A DNA stretch of 64,000 nucleotides from Octopus vulgaris (lineage: Eukaryota), in the NCBI GenBank assembly GCA_951406725.2, contig OX597827.1, forward strand, positions 44,888,001 to 44,952,000, given 5' to 3'. A program made the position numbers and the translations under genes. The notes below the pieces were generated by a model. It saw nothing but the letters and a program-made list of their open reading frames with translations. It searched no databases and was not told the DNA's origin. Positions 1-11,685 of this stretch are shown one piece after another (the stretch's first letter is position 1; each line of letters opens with the position of its first letter).

Positions 1-15
1 TCTCTGATTTTGCAA

Positions 16-227
16 CCCTTTAGCATTTAAACCTGTTGTATCCAGCCTAAATATTCCCCTTGCATTATGTTCAAACTAGCCTCTCACACTTACCCTACAA
101 TGTCCTTTCTGAATATAAACAATCGCATCATTAAAAATTTGAAGCTGCAAGATAATTTATGATTGATTGAAAGCGATGTGAATAAATAAGCATTTTATTT
201 GACAGATTGCTTTGAATGATTAAAGGG
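16..227. mobile_element. piggyBac-like MITE (CCCTTTAGCATT...AATGCTAAAGGG family)
   Basis: Ends CCCTTTAGCATT and AATGATTAAAGGG, flanked by degenerate TTAA. The same body recurs at ~5277, ~16781, 18918, ~42960 and ~62100. Confidence 0.65.
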
Positions 228-980
228 TTAGGCTCAGAAGTAGATGCGCCTGTGGAATAGTAATGCTCTGTTATATGCACTATAATTCATCGTTGTATCC
301 GACTGAGGATCCATTAGACGTGCATTCATTTGTTCATGTGGGAGTTGCAGTGGTTTGTATGTTTGTGTGTGTGTGTGTGTGTATGTGTGCGTGTGATCGT
401 TTTTTTTTTTAAACAATAAGAAATCATTTAAAAAAAAAGATAAGCAATATTACATTTCTCTTTCTTTCCTGCGCCCCCTACTTTCATTTTCTCTTTCTCT
501 GTCTGTCTGTCTGTCTCTATCTCTCTCTCACACTTGCCCTCTTTCTTTCCTCCCACCTTCTAATCAACCTATCTCTCACCATCTTACACAACATTGTGCT
601 TGGCTGTCTCTGTAAGCACTCACCACCATCACCACCACCACCAACACCACCACCACCACCACCACCACCTACTCCCCACCCCACCGCCTCTGCCATGACC
701 AAGCACTCTCTAATCAAGAATTAATTTTAATTACCATATCTTCCAAATACTTCTCTAATCAATGAGTCTGAATTAACTTCTCCCCGACAACAACAGATTC
801 TATTTCCGTAAACTTTCCTCTTCTTTTTTTTTCCTTTTTTGTTGTTGTTGTTATATAATTTTATTGTTTTTATCTTTTTTATCTAATATCTTTTTATTTT
901 TTTGTTAATGCTTCCACCTACCTCCTCCTCCCCTCTCTCCTTTCTTTCCTCGTCTTCGTTTCTGTTATCATTAATTCTAG

Positions 981-1027
981 ATTCATTTACATATTACAAT
1001 CTAATTCTGCAAAGTTTTTCAAAAATG
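981..1027 (+). CDS. Candidate short exon A of an unidentified gene
   Basis: Pyrimidine tract + TTCTAG acceptor, ATG|GTAATT donor; reads xSFTYYNLILQSFSKM. No homology recognised. Confidence 0.15.
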
Positions 1028-1055
1028 GTAATTGAAAACAAAAAGAAACAAAACT

Positions 1056-1167
<112 letters not shown>

Positions 1168-1390
1168 TGTATGGAAGATTGAAACATGTGATAGATCAAA
1201 ATTATTATCAGTAATAGTGGTGCTAGTACAAATAGAAAGAATTATCGTTGTTATTATTATTATTATTATTACTATTTCACAGGAAGGAAAAGAAGAAGAG
1301 AGGAAGGACAGCAAGATGTGAGAGAGAGAGTTGTAGGTGGGTGGGGGTGGGGGCAGCAGAGACAGACAGAGAAGACTATTATTATTATTA

Positions 1391-1421
<31 letters not shown>

Positions 1422-1478
1422 CATCACTACTTCTACTATTATTTGATAAAAACCATTTAGGTTTCAGTCAAATCTCTT

Positions 1479-1522
<44 letters not shown>

Positions 1523-1829
1523 ACTCTTTCTCTCTCTCTCTCTCTCAACTTGTTAGTATTCACAACACAAATGGCGTTTGATATTCTGATATATTCATAT
1601 AGAGTCATGTATCTTGTTCAAGGTTTAACTTGTTAGCAATCATAATCTAAATGGCTGTTAGATGTTGCTACATTTCTACAGCGAAGAATAATATGTCTTG
1701 TCTCAGATTTAACAGCTTAGCTTTCATTATACTTATACTTCAAGATATTGCAATGTATTCATTTAGAGTGGAGTGGTGTGTCTTGCCTAAGGTTTAATTC
1801 TTTACTGCTTGTGACACTGATTATGTTAG

Positions 1830-2208
1830 CTATCTTTTACTCATTTTGGTCATTAGACTGCAGCCATGTTGGGGCACTGCCTTGAAAGGTTTTAGTTGAA
1901 CAAATCGACCCCAAGACGTATGTCACTTTTGCCGAACTGCTAAGCTATGGAGATGTAAACACACCAACACAGGTTGTCAAGCACTGGTAGGGGACAAACA
2001 CAAACACAGACCTGCAATCATAGACACACACACACACATTCTACATGCTTCTTTCAGTTTCCATCTACCAAATGCATCTACAAAGCTTTGTTCAGCCCGA
2101 GGCTATATAGTTAAAGACACTTACCCAAGGTGTCATACAGTGAGATTGAACCTGGTAGCATGTGGTTGGGAAGTAAGCTTCTTAGCAGACATCCATACCA
2201 GCATCTGT
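1830..2208 (-). mobile_element. Degenerate tRNA-derived CORE-type SINE (octopus OR-like)
   Basis: Matches, in decayed form, the well-preserved copies at 32955-33380 and 47040-47415 (GACACTTACCCAAGG core, CTTCTTTCAGTTTCC, CTTTTAC tail). Confidence 0.8.
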
Positions 2209-2736
2209 ATATTATAACAGTTTAGAAACTTTGAGAGACATGAAGTAAAGTATTTTTATGAGTGGGACTTGAAGTAGATAAAGCTATAAATAATTATATG
2301 TATAGCTTAAAAAGGCCTTTGCATGGAAAAAAAGTCAACATTTTTTTCCATCCAAGAGGTTTTTTAACCCAACATTCTACACATTTTTACTTCTATTATT
2401 TGCAGCCTTACCACCATCATTAAAAATAATTTACTCTGTATGTGTGAAGGCATGTGGCCTAGTGATGAAGGCAAAGCATTTCTTATGCAGAGCCAGAAAT
2501 CCGGGATCTGGAATTATCCAGTAATTTTTTTTTGCTAGTTTATTTTGTCTGTTTATCTTCTCTCCTGGTGTTGTAATGTGGTTTTAGAATCAAGTTTTGG
2601 CTGCTATTTCTAGCATGGTGGTATTTTTTAGATACCCATAAATACAATTTAAAATATATATATATCATTTAATATACACAGAACTTAAATATATATATCT
2701 GATATATAAATCTACCAGTTTATTGTGCTTCCTCAG

Positions 2737-2764
2737 CATGAAACTAATAGTAGCTCATATTTAG
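2737..2764 (+). CDS. Candidate micro-exon B (28 nt)
   Basis: GCTTCCTCAG acceptor, TAG|GTAATG donor; HETNSSSYL, phase 0 to 1. Confidence 0.15.
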
Positions 2765-2820
2765 GTAATGAATGTATCAAATGATGTTTATCCCTCAATG
2801 GATGGAGGATATATATATAT

Positions 2821-2982
2821 ATATAAATTAAATTAGAGATAAAACCACTATTAGGCAAATCAAACAGTGAAAAACATAAGCCAAAACATAAAAATAAATA
2901 TAATTAATATAATATACAAAAAATATAAAATTTAAAATTTTGATTTGCCTAATAGTGGTTTTATCTCTAATTTAATTTATAT
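2821..2982. repeat. Perfect 44-bp inverted repeat between (TA)n tracts
   Basis: 2821-2864 ATATAAATTAAATTAGAGATAAAACCACTATTAGGCAAATCAAA is the reverse complement of 2939-2982. Confidence 0.9.
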
Positions 2983-3074
2983 TTATACTGTGAAATTTGA
3001 TTTAATCTTAAATCTAATTTTTCCCTGTAAGTTTGGATTTAATCCCTAATATTAATATTATTATTATTATTATT

Positions 3075-3109
<35 letters not shown>

Positions 3110-3111
<2 letters not shown>

Positions 3112-3702
3112 GCTTAAAGTTTATAGTGATCACCGTGCAATGACTTAGGAAAATAGTCTAAAAATGAGGTATATAAGCCCTCGACAGAAAGAAAGTAGGC
3201 TTTCCCATTTGTGTGGGACTCGAACCCACATCCCTTTGTTAATGCGACTAAGTGTGTTACCATTACACCAGCAGTCATTGTGCGGTGATCACTATAAGCT
3301 TTAAGCTTATATAAACACCATTATTATTATTTACAGCATTGTAAAACTTGGCACTGTATAACAAAACTATTCACACCAAAAGCACATGGAAGTTTGGTTA
3401 CAAATAAAAAACCTACTACGAACTAAAATATAGTTCTTAAATTTGACAGAAACAGGGAGGCTAATTCACTAGTTTAATGATAACACACTTAGTCACACAA
3501 ACAAAAGGATGTGGGTTCAAGTCCCATGCAGATGGGAAAGTCTATTTTTTCTGTCAAGGGCTTATATGCCCCATTATTAGACTATTTTCCTAAGTCATTG
3601 CATGGTGATTGCTGTAAGCTTTAAGCTTATATAAATACCATTATTATTTTCAGGATTGTAAAACTTGGCACCGTATAACAAAACCATTTGCACCGAAAGC
3701 AT
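3110..3702. mobile_element. tRNA-headed element present as an inverted pair plus a direct tail duplication
   Basis: Minus copy has A box TGGTGTAATGG (3260-3270) and B box GGTTCGAGTCCC (3215-3226). Plus copy starts ~3470 with GGTTCAAGTCCC. 3273-3386 is repeated directly at ~3593-3702. (TA)n on both flanks. Confidence 0.8.
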
Positions 3703-4892
3703 ATATATATGATTATTTGTTTGTGTGTATGCATTCATATGTGCATGTATGTAACTCTCATTACAGTATATTGATGAGGGCTATAAACATGAAAGGGAAC
3801 ACTGAAAACTTGGATTTTACAAAGTCCTTTGTGATATCTTTTCTACAGTGAGTTACAGATACTCCCTTGTCAATCCTGCTATCAGAACTAGTGAATCAAT
3901 GATTGGTCGATTATAGACCTGTAACCAATGATGCTCTCATTCACGTAATGCATTATACTGTTCCTACTTCCAATGGATGCCACTTGACGCAAAGGGCCAC
4001 ATAGGTGGCTTTCTCTCTGAGGTACACTGCCAATGAATCTTGTATGGATTTCTGCCATGGTTTTTCTTTTTTTTTTTTTTGACATGAAACTGTGGCATAA
4101 ATAATAAATGTGATGCGAATAGGTGATTTTGTATTTGGTAAAGAAGAAAACAAAAGAATAACAGGGTGTAATGGATGCGAATGGTGGACAAACATGGGGG
4201 AGAAAGAGAGAGAGATGAGGCGGTGGAATTTAGGGAGAAGCTGTCCTGGGCAGACTTGGTGCGGATGTTGGCTCTCATGGGAAAGATGATGTCACAGCGA
4301 AACATATGGAAGGTTAATGTATGACAATTTTGTCCAACTCCATGTAGAAAAATGAATGTAAAATCAATGATAATGATAATGATTTTTATGCGTAACTCGC
4401 CAGGTTTTATGTTTACAGGAAAATTTAAGTTTTTACCATGTTTTTTTTTTAATATTTTGTTAAGGGGTTTCTCTGTTGTTCTGGGTTTTTTGTTGTTTTT
4501 TTCTCTCTCTTAAACGATATCCATCTTCTGATGAAATATTGAGAAGGCCCCTGTCTGTTTTTGCTGTTATTGTTAGTGTTTGTCATTTGTATTTTTGAGA
4601 TTATTTAATGTTAATAACCCTACCCATCCATTCACCGATTCCTGTTGTTGTTGTGGTTGTCAGGAGAGTATTGGAAGATGTGTACCGTAAAATTAACCAT
4701 GCTATGCTCCAGCGATGTTGTTATTTTAACCATCCACTCAAATCTCTCTCTCTCTCTCTCTACCACAGTGGAACTACAATATTGGATGGAAACCATAAAT
4801 ATATACATGTGTGTTTGCATGCATATGAGTGTGTGTGTGTGTGTTAGTGCATGTATGTGTGCATCTCTCCTTAAAGTCTTGTATTATTGTAG

Positions 4893-4955
4893 ACGTTAAC
4901 TGCCAGGCTGATATGAATATCTCATACAAAACCAATGAACAGGAGAACATTTATG
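4893..4955 (+). CDS. Candidate 63-nt symmetric (phase 1-1) exon C
   Basis: TTGTAG acceptor, TG|GTCAGT donor; only one open frame, (D)VNCQADMNISYKTNEQENIY; non-repetitive composition. Confidence 0.25.
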
Positions 4956-5276
4956 GTCAGTTAGTTGATTTCAGAACTTGCAGCTTCCCTACTTCTCTAC
5001 ACCCTTTAATTATGCCTGTCTTTCTAATCATAATTACTGGTACACAAGGGCCAACAAGGAAACCATTATATAGTTGCTCAACCCAATAGTGATAGCAACC
5101 ACATTTCCCTCCAATTACAAACTACTCTTTAAAAACATCTTATGCATCCATAAAAGAAAATACTTAAACATGATTGTGCTAGATACATTATTGTTGAAAA
5201 AAAATGAAAAATTCCAGTCTGATTACTGCTGGAATGTCTTGTGTCATACAACACATCTGCCACATCAGGATGCTTA

Positions 5277-5724
5277 ACCTTTTAGCATTTAGATTATGCT
5301 ATCAAATATAATGCTTATTTCTTAACATTGTTTTAAATTCATCATGCATTGTCCCATAGCTCCAAGATCTCCTTGATCTGATTGTCTATTTTAAGAATGA
5401 CATTGTAGGGTCGGTGTGAGAGGCGGCGAGCTGGCAGAATCATTAGCACGCTGGACGAAATGCTTTGCGGTATTTCGTCTGCCGTTACGTTTTAAGTTCA
5501 AATTCCGCCGAGGTCGACTTTGCCTTTCATCCTTTCGGGGTCGATAAATTAAGTACCAGTTACGCACTGGGGTCGATAAAATCGACTAAATACCTATGTC
5601 TGTCCTTGTTTGTCCACTCTATGTTTAGCCCCTTGTGGGTAATAAAGAGGCTAGATCTGGCTGGTTTGAAAAACAGGTAGAATATTTTAGCTGAAGATGG
5701 CCAACTTAAATGCTAAGTAGTTAA
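5277..5724. mobile_element. piggyBac-like MITE with a nested tRNA-SINE (~5421-5646)
   Basis: TTAACCTTTTAGCATT left end and AATGCTAAGTAGTTAA right end; the body is interrupted by a GGCGGCGAGCTGGCAGAA-headed SINE. Confidence 0.7.
5421..5646 (+). mobile_element. tRNA-derived SINE (octopus OK-like; Meta-domain-like middle)
   Basis: Head GGCGGCGAGCTGGCAGAA, B-box-like GTTCAAATTCC, body GTCGACTTTGCCTTTCATCCTTTCGGGGTCGATAAA, tail GCCCCTTGTGGG. Many copies in the window. Confidence 0.85.
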
Positions 5725-5811
5725 TGTTTGTTCTATAAATGCGAGTGGAACAATGAATATGTGCAGTGCTTTTTAAAGAGTTCAGTCTGCTCGAATGGTG
5801 CTTTTTACGTT

Positions 5812-6243
5812 GGTGGCAAGCTGGCAGAATCGTTAGCACACCTGGTGAAATGCTTAGTGGTGTTTCATCTACATTCTGAGTTCAAATTCCACCAAGGTCG
5901 ACTTTGCCATTCATCCTCTTGGGGATCAATAAAATTAGTACCAGTTATGCACTGGAGTCAATGTAATCGACTTAATCCCATCCCCTAAATTTGAAGCCTT
6001 ATGTTTCCAGTAGAAAGGATTATTATTGACGGCAGAGAACTGGCAGAACCATTAGCATGCAGGTGAAATACTTAGTAGTATTTCATCTGCCACTACATTG
6101 TGAGTTCCGATTCCACCAAGGTCGACTTCGCCTTTCATCCTTTTGGGGTCAATAAATCAAGCACCAGTTGCATACTGGGGTCGATGTAAACGGCTGGCCC
6201 CCTCCCCCAAAATTTCAGGCCTTGTACCTATAGTTGAAAGGAT
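5812..6243 (+). mobile_element. Two tandem older copies of the same SINE family (AGAAAGGATTATT tail variant)
   Basis: Heads at ~5812 and ~6030; both end in GAAAGGATTATTATT. Confidence 0.8.
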
Positions 6244-6381
6244 TATTATTATTATTATTATTGTTGTTGTTGTTACTTCACTGCAAGCCCAGTCATTTAT
6301 GCGTTTCTGAATTAATAAACAACAGCTATGACCTTGTCCTAGCACTTGACTGACAAACAACAGAGAACTTGTTTCAAGATT

Positions 6382-6428
<47 letters not shown>

Positions 6429-7958
6429 CCATGCTTTATGCTTTCTTAATTGTGTTAATAAAAAAAAATTAGTTATTTTTGCACCACCACCACCACCACC
6501 ACAACATCTTTTCATAACTTCTTTACTCTGTGTGTGTGTGTTCTGGGGTTGGTTGATTATTAAAATTTTTTTTTTGTCTTTTGTTCTAGAAACACTTGAC
6601 ATTTTTAAGTGTACTAACTGTAAAAGCTATGTGTGTGTGTGTGTGTTAGAGTTTATGTATACACATAGCGTTTAATACAAATACACACACACATGTGTAT
6701 GACGGTGTGTGATGGATAGAAACAAGAGGGAGACGTCTCTTGCTAGTCCTTCTAATTTTCTACATGAGCATCAATTAGTTTTGTTAGATCATTTTGATAG
6801 AATAATAATAATGATTTCTTTTTAGCAGCAAGCGGTGGCAGCATAGGTGGTGGTGGTGGTGGTGGTAGTTGTAATCAGCAGCAGCAGCAGCACGGAGAGC
6901 TGTAGACAGTAGAGTGCGTAGATGCTGCTCTTGAGATTCTAGTTTCAGAGAATTTTGTTTGAGTTCCTCAAAGTATGATGGCATTTATTCCGAATAGATG
7001 ATTGCTTAATTAAATACTTAATTGGTGAGCTTTTGACTTGCCATACCCACCAGCTTCAACTGTTGAAATACCAGTACAGCTACTGTCAATATATGTGTTA
7101 CGTATGTTACATGTACACACACATATACACACAAATAAATATACTTACATACATATAAACATACATACATACATATACAAGACAAGGAATAAATAATGGT
7201 CATTCTTTTTTTTTTTTACATCGTAGTAAATTTGCCTTACAGCTGTTTCCAGTAGCCATTATAGGTTCGTTATTAATAGGTTTACTCTATCAGCCCATTG
7301 ATTGGTTGACAAAAATTGAACAGCCTAGAAAATTAATGCTATCATACTTCCATCAGAGTCGTTTCTGGTTATGACCAAGCAGATGGTACAGACATGGGGA
7401 GGAGAACAAAGAGAAGCAATTAGAATGAGCATAAGGATTTACAATATAGAATGGGAATGAACTATAATCTCAGACCCTGCTGCATGAATATGCAGAACTC
7501 TTTACTAATCTAAACAAGATTGTTAGTCTGGTGAACTAACAGAGAGCTTATGAAGTATTTTTCCCCGGATTGATAATCCCTTACTAATAACTACATATAT
7601 ATATATATTCTTTTATTTGTTCCAGTCGTTTGACTGTGGCCATACTGGAGCACCAACTTTAGTTGTACAAATCGCCCCCAGGATTTATTGTATCAATCTA
7701 TTTTGATGAACCGCTAAGTTACAGGGGTGCAAACACACCGACATTGGTTGTCAAGCGATGGTGGAGGGACAAACACACACAATGACACACGCACATGCAC
7801 ACACACAGAGTAATCCCTTGAATATCGCGGAAGTTACATTCCAAAAACCTCTCCGATCGGTGAAAATCCGCAAAGCAGAAACTGTACTGCATTGTATTTT
7901 TTTTTATTATTTTTATAATTTGTATATATTTATTTTATTATAATTGCAAAACAACCCC

Positions 7959-8167
7959 ATATATATATATACACACACATATATACACATATATATACAC
8001 ACACGTATATATGAACACATATACACACACATATACAGGCACACAAACGCACAATATATATATATACACACATATACATACACACACATATACGCACATA
8101 TATACACACACACACATATATATATGCACACACACATACATATATACACATACATATACGCATATAT
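7959..8167. repeat. (TA)/(CA) compound microsatellite
   Basis: Directly visible. Confidence 0.9.
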
Positions 8168-8844
8168 GTTAAAGAGAAGAGCTCGTGGTGGTAAAGAGAT
8201 TGCATAGCATTTTCGATTCACCTTGATCCAAGTGGTCTACAGCTGGATCTCACTCCATCCTTTGATGTGAAATTTTTATGTTCTCCATTGATCTTGTGGT
8301 TGTTGTTGTTGCTGCTGCGCAAGATTACGTAATCTAGTTAGGAGTGAATTAGTCTGAGATGTAAAAGCAACTGTGGAGCTGGAGGGGGGAGGTGGCAGAC
8401 AGATCGTGCACGCGTGTGTGCGTGTTCATGCCTGTGTGTGCATGCGTGTGTGTGTGTGTGCATGCCTGTATGTGTGTGCATGCCTCTGTGTGTGTGCGTG
8501 TGTATGTGGCTCATTGAAGGATGATCATTGCATAATCTTACGGAATGTGCCACCGTTTATTATCTGCCGAACGATGTCGCCTGTCTAGTTTCGATTTGCA
8601 TTTGCTGCCAGACACACCCACCCCTCTACCTTCGCTCCTCTCTATCCCCATCATCAAAGCTATCTGACTCTCCTCTCATCCCACCCCTCTGTCCCACCAC
8701 CACTCTCTCTACCTCCCTCATTTTTTCTTTTTCTTTTTCTTTCTCTCTCCCCCTCTCCTTTTCATCATCTATTATGGCTTTGATTCCAATAACACAGCCT
8801 TCTGTCCATCTTATGAAAGCTAAAATGATGACTAAACTACAAGT

Positions 8845-9003
8845 TTCCTTGTTGCTGTTTAACCCCGAGATCATCTCTGACCCAGCAAGCAGACTTCTGA
8901 TCAAAGAGATACCAGCTATGGCCATGCTTTCTTTCCTTTCTTTGTCCTTTCTTTCTGTCCTTCCTTCATTTCCTTTCTTTTTTCTGCCATTCTTTCCTTT
9001 CTT

Positions 9004-9068
<65 letters not shown>

Positions 9069-9635
9069 CTCTCTTCCATTTTGCTTTCTTTCTTCGTTCT
9101 TACCTCCTTTCTTTCTCTTCATTCCTTTCTTCTTTTCTCAGTCACAATATATATTTTGGACTAAATTGTCAGTATCTGAAGTCAACAGTGTATACTTTGA
9201 GGGAGATTTGACTGCTTTTAGTCATTAATCAAGTTACAGCATGTGTTGCTATCGTTAGACCACCAAACCTGTCTTGGTCAAGCAAACCTATGATCAAAAT
9301 CATTGCAGCCATCCAGTATTGGGGGTGGGTTATTTATTTATGTTTTTCTAACCATTGTGGATCTCGAATGATGTTATCTAATTTGTCCTGCAATTTTAAA
9401 AACAGATGTTATGTGAGAGAGATATGACTGCTCTTTCTAGTAGGTTGAATAACCAGGTATGTCATTCTTGTTTATCCCAAGGCCAGCTTTGACCTAGCTG
9501 ACCTATGTTCAAAAACATCCCCTTACATGTGTTGTTACATATCTTGGAGCTCATTATCCAATATGCCAATCTATTCTTCAGATAGGAAAGAAGTGAGTCA
9601 AAGGAGATTTAGCTGCTATTTCTAGCAGATTGAGT
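8845..9635. repeat. Cluster of old unclassified interspersed-repeat copies (GAGATTTGxCTGCTATTTCTAGCAG family)
   Basis: The motifs GACCTATGATCAAA and GGAGATTTxxCTGCTxTTTCTAG recur several times here, and again at ~2600, 14940, 19420, 23445, 40985, 41940, 44750 and 57830. Confidence 0.6.
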
Positions 9636-9756
9636 AGGAACTGATTGGGTAGGAACTGATACTATTCTGTAGACTTGGATGTCTCTTATTGAGGTGACTA
9701 ATGATATCGATGTAGATCAAATGGAGTTCCCAATTAGAATATCTTAATGCTTTGAC

Positions 9757-10434
9757 CAAAAGCTTGGTAATACTCAAGCTGAAACCATCCAAAAGATTCA
9801 GCAGGAATTTGGTGATGACATTATGGGCAAAACTCAGATCAAAGAGTTAGAGAGCCACTTCAAACATAGCCACACCTCAGTGGAGAGCAAGGCCCATTCG
9901 GGTAAGCCATTCACACGTTGAAATAAGGAGCCAATTGGGAAGGTTCTGTGAATAGTCATGGAAGACTGTTGTGTAACAGTTCAGGAAATTGCTCACAAAG
10001 TGGGAATAAGCACAAGATCAGTGCATTCCATTTTAATGGACAATTTGTGCATGTGGAGAGTGCCAGCGAAATTCTCCCTCAAGCTGCTAGCGAAGCAGCA
10101 GAAGCAGTTCTGCATGGAAATCATTCAGGACATGGTGGACTGTGCAAAAACACGACCCAAACTTTCTGAAGGCAACCATAACTGGGGGTGAGGTATGGGT
10201 TTATGGTCTCTGCTCAATTTTTTCGGTCATCTTGCATGAAAGCAAAAATCTGATGGATGTGCCCTACACATCTGTACTCTGGGCGTGACAGCTGGCATCT
10301 GACACAGCCTACTGGCACAAAAATTATTGTGCGAGCATGTGAGGGTGACTTCACCTCTCACTCAGAGGCTTTTAGCCATGCAGTACTAGCTTTGGCAGGA
10401 AAAAATGAAGTTGAATACTTTTTGAATCCACTCG
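9757..10434 (+). pseudogene. Dead mariner (Tc1/mariner) element: N-terminal HTH transposase fragment plus right TIR
   Basis: Reads QKLGNTQAETIQKIQQEFGDDIMGKTQIKE..HFKHSHTSVESKAHSGKP..*..MEDCCVTVQEIAHKVGISTRSVHSILMDNLCMWRVPAKF, then frameshifts to TITGGEVWVYG (mariner TGDExW motif). Ends TACTTTTTGAATCCACTCG+TA, like a mariner TIR. Confidence 0.85.
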
Positions 10435-10468
10435 TATATACGCACAACATTCTTGCACAGTTTCCAAC

Positions 10469-10890
10469 ATATTTCTTTATTGCCCACAAGGGGGTAAACA
10501 TAGAGGGGACAAACAAGGACAGACAAAGGGATTAAGTCGATTACATCGACCCCAGTGCATAACTAGTACTTAATTTATCGACCCCCGAAAGGATGAAAGG
10601 CAAAGTCAACTTCAGCAGAATTTGAACTCAGAACGTAGTGGCAGACGAAATACCCATTTATTTCTTTATTACCCACAAGGGGCTAAACATAGAGGGGACA
10701 AACAAGGACAGACAAAGGGATTAAGTTGATTACATTGACCCCAGTGCATAACTAATACTTAATTTATCAACCCCCAAAAGGATGAAAGGCAAAGTCAACT
10801 TCGGCAGAATTTGAACTCAGAACGTAGTGGTAGATGAAATACTGCTAAGCATTTTGCCCGGCATACTAGCATTTCTGCCAGCTTGCTGCC
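10469..10890 (-). mobile_element. Head-to-tail dimer of the OK-like SINE
   Basis: Two bodies with one head; junction GAAATACCCATTTATTTCTTT at ~10650. Confidence 0.85.
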
Positions 10891-11637
10891 TTTTCCATCT
10901 GCCAAATTCAATCACAAGGCATTAGTCGAGTGGGGCTATAGTAGAAGACACTTGCAAAGACGGGATGCAATATGACTGAACCTAAAACCACGAGATTGCG
11001 AAACAAGCTTCTCAACAAAAAAAAAGGGAAAGTAAGAATTACTATACAACTACCAAAAGTTTACAGTATGACCTCACTTATATCTAATGGAGTAATGTGT
11101 ACCCTAACAACAATACAACACTATATGACGACAACAAGAAGGATATTGAGGTCAGTGGTGAAGGTGGTGGTGACGGTGATGAGGATGATGGAAAAGCCAT
11201 CATGGCATCTTTCAATAATGTTTGCTGCCAACCATTGAAAAAAGTCAATTTAATATCTTCAACATAATATTGATTGCTACTCTATACATACTGATTGTCA
11301 ATGTACCTTTTAGAGATCATTTTGGAAGAAAAGAAACCAAGTTGTTGTTGTCATGGTTGTTATTGTATTTTATTTTCTGACTTTGTTTTTTTATCGTATT
11401 TTTCTTTTGCTTTCGTTTTTTTTTATTTTTTGGTACTTGTTTCCTTATATTTTTGTTTCTGCTGTTTTGTTCCTTTTTCTTTCTCCTCCTCTTTGCTCTG
11501 ACTAATCTACTATTCATCATCATAGGTTGATTTCTCATTTATTTTCTCTCTTCGTTATTTCTTTATTTTTTATTTCATCATTCCTGTCATGTTAAATACG
11601 CACACACATAACTTATGTTTACACACTCACACACACC

Positions 11638-11685
<48 letters not shown>

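Noticed and set aside
6885-6902. RE1/NRSE-like CAGCAGCACGGAGAGC
   Set aside because: It derives partly from a (CAG)n repeat, has mismatches, and REST is not expected in a mollusc.
8528-9211. 227-aa hydrophobic ORF
   Set aside because: It is built from pyrimidine tracts, (CT)n and an interspersed-repeat fragment.
11041-11058. let-7*-like CTATACAAC
   Set aside because: No TGAGGTAG arm and no hairpin.
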